Positions 58,161 to 64,000 of a DNA stretch of 64,000 bases are shown piece after piece. Position numbers and translations under genes: made by a program. The DNA is taken from positions 682 through 64,681 of the forward strand of contig CAMCUN010000004.1 of NCBI GenBank assembly GCA_945878995.1, written 5' to 3'. The DNA is from Polaromonas sp. YR568 (GTDB taxonomy: Bacteria > Pseudomonadota > Gammaproteobacteria > Burkholderiales > Burkholderiaceae_C). Each line of letters opens with the position of its first letter. The first letter of the stretch is position 1. A model generated the notes under the pieces. It searched no databases, had not been told where the DNA came from, and was given only the letters and a program-made list of their open reading frames with translations.

Positions 58161-58835
58161 ATGCTCGACCGCGATGGCTTCAGGCCCAACGTCGGCATCA
58201 TCCTGCTCAACCAGAGAAGCCAGGTTTTCTGGGGCAAACGCATACGTACCCACTCTTGGCAGTTCCCCCAAGGTGGCATTGACCGGGGTGAAAATCCCGA
58301 GCAGGCCATGTTCCGCGAACTGCATGAAGAAGTGGGTCTGATGCCGCACCATGTGCAGGTGCTTGCCCGAACCCGGGATTGGTTGCGCTACGAGGTGCCA
58401 GACCGTTTCATTCGCCGCGACGCGCGAGGCCACTACAGGGGCCAAAAGCAGATTTGGTTTTTGCTCCAACTGGTCGGACACGACTGGGACTTGAACCTGC
58501 GCGCCACCGACCACCCTGAGTTTGATGCTTGGCGCTGGAACGACTATTGGGTCCCGCTGGATGTGGTGGTCGAGTTCAAGCGTGGTGTTTATGAAATGGC
58601 GCTGTGTGAGTTGTCGCGCTTTGTTCCTCGCCTGGACGCTCGCGCTGAGGTGCGCACGGATGGCCGCAACGAGGGGCGCACAGAGCCGCGCCACCGCTAC
58701 CTTCGCACCGATGTGCGCCAGCGCAGCGGCATGTCTGCAGACCCCGGCATGACTGCCATGGACTTGCCCCCAGGCGCCAGTTTCGATCCTGACCCCCAAA
58801 ACAGCCTTAATCCAAGCCAAGGCTTCAAACCATGA
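58161..58835 (+). CDS. rppH: RNA pyrophosphohydrolase (NUDIX)
   Basis: [46 protein letters not shown] and QKQIWFLL closely follow RppH, with a C-terminal low-complexity tail. Confidence 0.92.
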   Translation: MLDRDGFRPNVGIILLNQRSQVFWGKRIRTHSWQFPQGGIDRGENPEQAMFRELHEEVGLMPHHVQVLARTRDWLRYEVPDRFIRRDARGHYRGQKQIWFLLQLVGHDWDLNLRATDHPEFDAWRWNDYWVPLDVVVEFKRGVYEMALCELSRFVPRLDARAEVRTDGRNEGRTEPRHRYLRTDVRQRSGMSADPGMTAMDLPPGASFDPDPQNSLNPSQGFKP

Positions 58836-59329
58836 AACCAGCCCTCGCATGGTGCGCTCTCGCTTGCTGGGCGGGCATGGGTCTGGCCCAGGCCCAGTGG
58901 CTGGGTGAGTCCAATTGGCAGGAAGGCGAGGTGCCAGAGCCGCCAGCCTTCAGTCTGGAGGGCTTGGTCCGTTTTGAGGTCCACCCCAACTCACCCATGG
59001 TGTATGAGATTGACCCACGCACCATAGTCATTTCCCCCAGCGATCGTGTGGTCCGCTATGTGGTGGTGGTGCGCAGCCCGTCGGGCGGGCGCAATGTGTT
59101 TTATGAAGGCATTCGCTGCCCCACGGCCGAGGTCAAAACCTACGCCCGCCACAACGGCAGTGCTTGGGTGGCTTTGTCCGAGCCCCTGTGGAGCCCCATG
59201 GCCAGCCGGCCATCGCGCCATACCGCGCAACTGGCGCGCCAAGGTGCTTGCGAAGGCGCGGGCACCCCTTTGAAGGCCGAGGATGTGGTGCGTGCTTTAC
59301 AGCAGAATCTCAGGGCCAGTAACCGCTGA
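58832..59329 (+). CDS. CNP1-like family periplasmic protein
   Basis: Signal peptide, then [34 protein letters not shown] and KTYAR patterns typical of the CNP1-like family. ATGA overlap with rppH. Confidence 0.7.
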   Translation: MKPALAWCALACWAGMGLAQAQWLGESNWQEGEVPEPPAFSLEGLVRFEVHPNSPMVYEIDPRTIVISPSDRVVRYVVVVRSPSGGRNVFYEGIRCPTAEVKTYARHNGSAWVALSEPLWSPMASRPSRHTAQLARQGACEGAGTPLKAEDVVRALQQNLRASNR

Positions 59330-59376
59330 TTGAGCCGCCATGCCGCTGAGCGGCTGGGGCAGTTGGACAGCTGGGC

Positions 59377-60513
59377 TCAGCGCGACAGGACCAAATTGGT
59401 TCTGTGCACCATTTCAGGCTCGCCTGTGTAGCCCAAGAGTTTTTCAAAGTCGCTGGAGGCTTTGCGGCAAATCAGCCGCGCTTCAGCGCTGGAGTAGTTG
59501 GCCAGCCCTCTGGCGATTTCCAGCCCCTGGCTGTCGCGAACCGCAATCACATCGCCACGCGCAAACTCGCCTTGCACGCCAGTCATGCCCACGGGCAGCA
59601 GGCTCTTGCCCTCATCGCGTAATTTGGCGGCTGCACCGGCGTCAATCTCTACGGAGCCACGCAGCTGCAGGTGGTCGGCCATCCATTGTTTGCGGGCCTG
59701 GTTTTTGGCTGTTTGCGCCATCAGCGCTGTGCCTATGCGCTCGCCAGCGGCCAGCCGCAGCAAGGCGTCGGGCTCTCGCCCCCAGGCAATCACGGTGCTG
59801 GCGCCCGAGCCGGCGGCCCGCTTGGCAGCCAAAATTTTGGTGATCATGCCGCCCCGGCCAATGCTGGATCCTGCGCCGCCGGCCATGGCTTCCAGCGCGG
59901 GGTCACCGGCCTGGGCCTCGTGCACAAAAGTGGCGGCCGGGTCTTTGCGCGGGTCGGCCGTGTACAGGCCTTGCTGGTCGGTGAGGATGATGAGCAAGTC
60001 GGCGTCCACCAAATTGGCCACCAGCGCGCCCAGGGTGTCGTTGTCCCCGAACTTGATCTCGTCGGTGACCACGGTGTCGTTCTCGTTGATCACCGGCACC
60101 ACGCCCAGTTGCAGCAAGGTCAGCAAGGTGGAGCGGGCATTGAGGTAGCGCTCGCGGTCGGCCAAGTCGGCATGGGTCAGCAGCACCTGGGCACTGCCCA
60201 CGCCCAACTCGCGCAGCCGGCTTTCATAGACCTGCACCAGGCCCATTTGGCCCACGGCCGCGGCCGCCTGCAGCTCGTGAATGGCGCTGGGCCGGCTGGT
60301 CCAGCCCAGGCGCTTCATGCCCTCGGCAATGGCGCCGCTGCTGACCATGATGAGCTCGTGGCCGCTCTGCCTGAGCGTGGCCATTTGGCGGCACCAGTCG
60401 CCTATGGCTTGGGCGTCCAGGCCTCTGCCCTCGTCGGTCACCAGGCTGGAGCCCACTTTCACCACGATGCGCCTGGCTTGGCTCAGCACCTCGAAAGCCG
60501 TCTTGCTGTGCAT
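59377..60513 (-). CDS. proB: Glutamate 5-kinase
   Basis: [28 protein letters not shown], and a C-terminal PUA domain (GDVIAV). Confidence 0.95.
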   Translation of the reverse strand: MHSKTAFEVLSQARRIVVKVGSSLVTDEGRGLDAQAIGDWCRQMATLRQSGHELIMVSSGAIAEGMKRLGWTSRPSAIHELQAAAAVGQMGLVQVYESRLRELGVGSAQVLLTHADLADRERYLNARSTLLTLLQLGVVPVINENDTVVTDEIKFGDNDTLGALVANLVDADLLIILTDQQGLYTADPRKDPAATFVHEAQAGDPALEAMAGGAGSSIGRGGMITKILAAKRAAGSGASTVIAWGREPDALLRLAAGERIGTALMAQTAKNQARKQWMADHLQLRGSVEIDAGAAAKLRDEGKSLLPVGMTGVQGEFARGDVIAVRDSQGLEIARGLANYSSAEARLICRKASSDFEKLLGYTGEPEMVHRTNLVLSR

Positions 60514-60558
60514 GTTGTTTGTGTGCGGTTGGAAAGGCCTGCATTCAAGCCCTGGCCA

Positions 60559-61647
60559 TCAGGCGGCGGGGTTTGCGGGTTCTGTGGGGTCGGGCGCAAA
60601 GCGTGGGTCCACCTCTTCGGGGGGGAGGGCTGCGGCGCGCACCCCTTGAATGAATTGGAAAGCGGCACGGATCAGTGGCTCGCAGCCTTCCCGCGTCAAG
60701 GCCGAGATTTCAAACACTGGCCCCTTGAACTTGGCGCGTTTGACAAAGTCCTTGACCGTTTTGGTGCGCACTTCACCTTCTAGCATGTCCAGCTTGTTGA
60801 GCACCAACCAGCGCGGCTTGTTGTAGAGGTCCAGGTCGTATTTTTTGAGTTCGCCCACGATGGCTTTGGCCTGCGCGACCGGGTCCACGCTGTCGTCAAA
60901 AGGGGCCAGGTCCACCACATGCAGCAAGAGGCGTGTGCGCTGCAGGTGGCGCAAAAACAAATGGCCCAGGCCTGCGCCTTCAGAGGCGCCCTCGATCAAG
61001 CCGGGCAGGTCGGCCACCACAAAGCTTTGTTCGGGGCCCACGCGCACCACGCCCAAGTTGGGGTGCAAGGTGGTGAAGGGGTAGTCGGCAATGCGCGGTC
61101 TGGCGTTGGACACCGCCGTGATGAGGGTGGACTTGCCCGCATTGGGCATGCCCAGCAAGCCCACATCGGCCAGCACCTTGAGCTCGAGCTTGAGGCTTTT
61201 ATGCTCGCCCGGCCAGCCCGGTGTTTTGGTGCGCGGTGCACGGTTGGTGGAGCTTTTAAAGCGCAGGTTGCCAAAGCCGCCGTCGCCGCCCTTGGCGATC
61301 ATCACTTCTTCGCCAGGGGTGAGCATTTCGTAGAGCACCTCGCCAGATTCGGCGTCGGTCAAGATGGTGCCCACAGGCATTTTCAGCATGACGTCATCGC
61401 CCTTGGCGCCAAACATGTCCGAGCCCTTGCCATGCTCGCCGTGGCGGGCGTCGTGCCTGCGCGAGTAGCGAAAGTCCACCAGGGTGTTCAGGTTGGGGTC
61501 GGCCACCGCGTACACATGGCCGCCTCGGCCGCCGTCACCACCGTTGGGTCCGCCAAATTCTTTGTATTTTTCGTGCCGGAACGAGACGCAGCCACTGCCG
61601 CCATCGCCTGCGGCGATGTCAATAAAAGCTTCGTCAACAAATTTCAT
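60559..61647 (-). CDS. obg: GTPase Obg/CgtA
   Basis: [28 protein letters not shown], and G motifs [18 protein letters not shown] and NKLD. Confidence 0.96.
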   Translation of the reverse strand: MKFVDEAFIDIAAGDGGSGCVSFRHEKYKEFGGPNGGDGGRGGHVYAVADPNLNTLVDFRYSRRHDARHGEHGKGSDMFGAKGDDVMLKMPVGTILTDAESGEVLYEMLTPGEEVMIAKGGDGGFGNLRFKSSTNRAPRTKTPGWPGEHKSLKLELKVLADVGLLGMPNAGKSTLITAVSNARPRIADYPFTTLHPNLGVVRVGPEQSFVVADLPGLIEGASEGAGLGHLFLRHLQRTRLLLHVVDLAPFDDSVDPVAQAKAIVGELKKYDLDLYNKPRWLVLNKLDMLEGEVRTKTVKDFVKRAKFKGPVFEISALTREGCEPLIRAAFQFIQGVRAAALPPEEVDPRFAPDPTEPANPAA

Positions 61648-61765
61648 GGGGAATGGGGCTGGATGGGCCGGTCGCTAGTTTACAAAAACAGTGTGCTGTG
61701 CAGCTTGAGAAGGCGCTCGCCTTGGGGCCTGTGCTCCCGCTGGGCTGGGGCGCTGCAAGCATCAA

Positions 61766-61794
61766 CAAAAAAGCCCCGCTGGCGGGGCTTTTTG
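61766..61794 (-). terminator. Hairpin terminator/attenuator between rpmA and obg
   Basis: aaaaaa-agccccgc-tgg-cggggct-tttt. On the minus strand it follows the rpmA stop by ~20 nt and ends in a T-run. Confidence 0.6.
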
Positions 61795-61813
61795 AAGCTC
61801 AAAGTGAGTCGGC

Positions 61814-62071
61814 TCAGGCCGGGGTCACGTTGATCATGTGCTTGTTCAAGGCGCCTTTGAAAGAAAAGGAGACTTGTCCATCCACCAGCGCAAACAAGGT
61901 GTGGTCTTTGCCCATGCCGACATTGGTGCCGGCGTGGAACTTGGTGCCACGCTGGCGCACGATGATGCTGCCTGCGTTGATCACCTGACCGCCAAACGCT
62001 TTGACACCAAGCATTTTTGGCTTGGAATCGCGCCCATTTCGCGTAGAGCCGCCGCCTTTTTTCTGTGCCAT
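61814..62071 (-). CDS. rpmA: 50S ribosomal protein L27
   Basis: [24 protein letters not shown]...[15 protein letters not shown] is the canonical L27 sequence. Confidence 0.97.
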   Translation of the reverse strand: MAQKKGGGSTRNGRDSKPKMLGVKAFGGQVINAGSIIVRQRGTKFHAGTNVGMGKDHTLFALVDGQVSFSFKGALNKHMINVTPA

Positions 62072-62095
62072 TTTCTAGACTCCTGATAAGGCGGC

Positions 62096-62407
62096 TCAGC
62101 CGGCGATGACGCCGATCTGCAGCTCGGTGTAGTTTTGGCGGTGCCCTTGGCGCTTTTGGTAGTGCTTGCGACGGCGCATCTTGAAGATGCGAACCTTGTC
62201 GTGCCTGCCTTGAGCCAACACCGTGACTGTGACAGTTGCGCCGGACACCAAGGGCGTGCCAACCTTGATCTCGCTGCCGTTGCCGACAGCCAAAACCTGG
62301 TCAAACACGATCTCTTGGCCTACGTCCGCAGCAATCTGTTCTACTTTAATTTTTTCACCGGAAGCAACTTTGTATTGCTTGCCACCGGTTTTTATGACCG
62401 CGTACAT
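62096..62407 (-). CDS. rplU: 50S ribosomal protein L21
   Basis: [14 protein letters not shown]...[21 protein letters not shown] is the canonical L21 sequence. Confidence 0.97.
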   Translation of the reverse strand: MYAVIKTGGKQYKVASGEKIKVEQIAADVGQEIVFDQVLAVGNGSEIKVGTPLVSGATVTVTVLAQGRHDKVRIFKMRRRKHYQKRQGHRQNYTELQIGVIAG

Positions 62408-62593
62408 GTAAACCTCTCCATTGAGTCTTCCGCAAACCCAATTTCACGGAAGCCCTCCAGTATAGCCTAGCGGGCTCTGGCCTGTCCAGACCCACTAGCG
62501 CCTCATTTTGTAAGCCCCTGAGTGATTCATCGCATTTCCTTATAATTATTTTTATTTTTCACCCACGGAAATCTTTTGTTGCTTTCATCATCC

Positions 62594-63556
62594 ATGTCCG
62601 ACGCCATGAATCTGGTTGCCCAGGACATGCGTGGCATGGATGCGGTGATTGAGCGGCGCCTGAGCTCCGATGTGCCCCTGGTGGGGCAAATATCGCGCTA
62701 CATCGTCGCCGCGGGCGGCAAGCGGCTGCGCCCTGTCCTGCTGCTGCTCATGTGCGGCGCCCTGGATTGCCGCAGTGAGCAGCGCCTCAATTTGGCTGCG
62801 GTGGTGGAGTTCATCCACACCGCCACCCTGCTGCACGACGACGTGGTCGATGAGTCCACCCTGCGCCGAGGCCGCGCCACCGCCAACGAGGCTTTTGGCA
62901 ACCCCGCCAGCGTGTTGGTGGGAGATTTTTTGTACTCCCGAGCATTTCAAATGATGCTCGAAGCCCAAGACATGCACGTGATGGAGGTGCTTGCCGAGGC
63001 CACCAACGTGATTGCCGAAGGCGAGGTGCAGCAACTCATGAACATGCACGACGCTTCTTTGTCTGAAGAAAACTACCTCAGCGTCATCCGCTCCAAAACC
63101 GCCAAATTGTTTGAAGCCAGCGCCCGCTTGGCGGCCCTCTTGGCCAAGTCTGAGCCATCCATTGAAGCGGCCTGCGCCGACTATGGCCAAGCCTTGGGCA
63201 CGGCTTTCCAAGTCATTGACGATGTGCTCGACTACGACGGCGACGTGGCTGAAATGGGCAAGAACCTGGGCGACGACTTGCGCGAAGGCAAGGTCACTTT
63301 GCCGCTTATCATTGCCATGCAAAAGGCAAACCCGGCCCAGCGCGCCGTGATCCAAACCGCCATTGAGGGCGGTGGCGTTGAACGCATGGGCGAGATCATC
63401 GCCATCGTCCAAGACACGGGTGCGCTGGCTGCAACGCGCACGCGCGCGGCCCAAGAGGCCCAGCGCGCCATTGACGCCTTGTCCGCCTTGCCCACCAGCC
63501 TTTACAAAGAGGCTCTGCATGGCTTGGCAGCGCAGTTGCTGGAGCGTCGGGCCTGA
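62594..63556 (+). CDS. ispB: Octaprenyl diphosphate synthase
   Basis: GGKRLRP, the first DDxxD in TLLHDDVVDES, the second in QVIDDVLDY, and KTAKLF. It is divergent from rplU-rpmA as in E. coli. The start is ambiguous (TTG 62576, ATG 62594 or ATG 62606). Confidence 0.93.
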   Translation: MSDAMNLVAQDMRGMDAVIERRLSSDVPLVGQISRYIVAAGGKRLRPVLLLLMCGALDCRSEQRLNLAAVVEFIHTATLLHDDVVDESTLRRGRATANEAFGNPASVLVGDFLYSRAFQMMLEAQDMHVMEVLAEATNVIAEGEVQQLMNMHDASLSEENYLSVIRSKTAKLFEASARLAALLAKSEPSIEAACADYGQALGTAFQVIDDVLDYDGDVAEMGKNLGDDLREGKVTLPLIIAMQKANPAQRAVIQTAIEGGGVERMGEIIAIVQDTGALAATRTRAAQEAQRAIDALSALPTSLYKEALHGLAAQLLERRA

Positions 63557-63611
63557 TTGCGCTGCGGCCGCTGCCTGAGCGCAAGGCATAGGCGCTCAGG
63601 CCACAGACCGT

Positions 63612-64000
63612 TCAAGGCACAGGCTTAAATCGGGTCTCTGCCAAGCTGCGCGCTGTGCTGGCGCCATACAAGGTAAAGCTGCGGTTCAGCCGTGCCCCGC
63701 CGTCGCGCGTGAGCGGGCTGTAAACCAGGTTGGCCACGTTGGCGCTGCGCGAGGTGGTCATCACGTCAAAGGGAATCCTCAGGTACAGCCCTTTGTCAAA
63801 ACTGCCTTCGCCGAATTTTTCGGCCGACACATTGGTTTTGGTGGCCCATGCGCCCATGGTCACGCCGTTTTTAAAGCTTCGGCTCACGTCCAGCGTGGCG
63901 CCCATGTCGCCCGCCAGGTAACGCCCTGCGCTCAGCTTGGCATGGGTGTCGTTCCAGCCCGTGTCCCAGTACAGCGTGGCGTGGCCTGTGCTCTGGCGGT
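63612..64000 (-). CDS. YjbH-domain outer-membrane/exopolysaccharide-associated protein (C-terminal part; N-terminus beyond the right edge)
   Basis: The minus frame is open to the window edge. It reads ...LYWDTGWNDTHAKLSAGRYLAGDMGATLDVSRSFKNGVTMGAWATKTNVSAEKFGEGSFDKGLYLRIPFD, which matches the conserved YjbH C-terminal region. Confidence 0.7.
   Translation of the reverse strand, partial: RQSTGHATLYWDTGWNDTHAKLSAGRYLAGDMGATLDVSRSFKNGVTMGAWATKTNVSAEKFGEGSFDKGLYLRIPFDVMTTSRSANVANLVYSPLTRDGGARLNRSFTLYGASTARSLAETRFKPVP

Overview
High-GC betaproteobacterial chromosome, with Burkholderiales/Comamonadaceae-like gene order and an orphan Bug-family binding protein. The window is almost entirely core housekeeping genes. 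From left to right: lysA, an lptM-like lipoprotein and cyaY; mrcA divergent from a compact, strongly diverged pilMNOPQ/hofMNOPQ-type cluster followed by aroK-aroB; a dGTPase-like gene; an MFS transporter; a Bug binding protein; a REP-associated tyrosine transposase (RAYT) flanked by inverted REPs; gltBD. A roughly 17 kb co-directional block follows: mlaFEDACB, yadGH-like ABC-2 transporter, ibaG, murA, hisGDCBHAFIE, a membrane protein, hinT and tatABC. The rest is a DegS-like protease, a Nif3-like gene, pdxA, mscL, petABC, sspAB, tRNA-Thr, a two-gene acyl-CoA module with a truncated SDR remnant, a DUF721 gene, secA, argJ, a DUF815 ATPase, mutT, a REP hairpin cluster, an SLT transglycosylase coupled to proS, rppH, a CNP1-like gene, proB, obg, rpmA, rplU, ispB and a partial yjbH-like gene. 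I found no CRISPR array, prophage, integrase, toxin-antitoxin pair or defence-like operon. I see no convincing evidence for a novel multi-gene system. The unusual items are small-scale: an apparent PilO-PilP fusion and AMIN-less secretin in the diverged pil/hof cluster; a RAYT with its flanking REPs; a second, unrelated REP hairpin family at 55.4-55.6 kb; a 126-bp-period tandem duplication of the gltD 3' end; a 9-bp in-frame tandem repeat at the aroK-aroB junction; an SDR gene remnant next to a tRNA-adjacent acyl-CoA module; and a long structured secA leader with no visible Shine-Dalgarno sequence. All functional calls come from reading the translated ORFs and gene order by eye. No database search was run.
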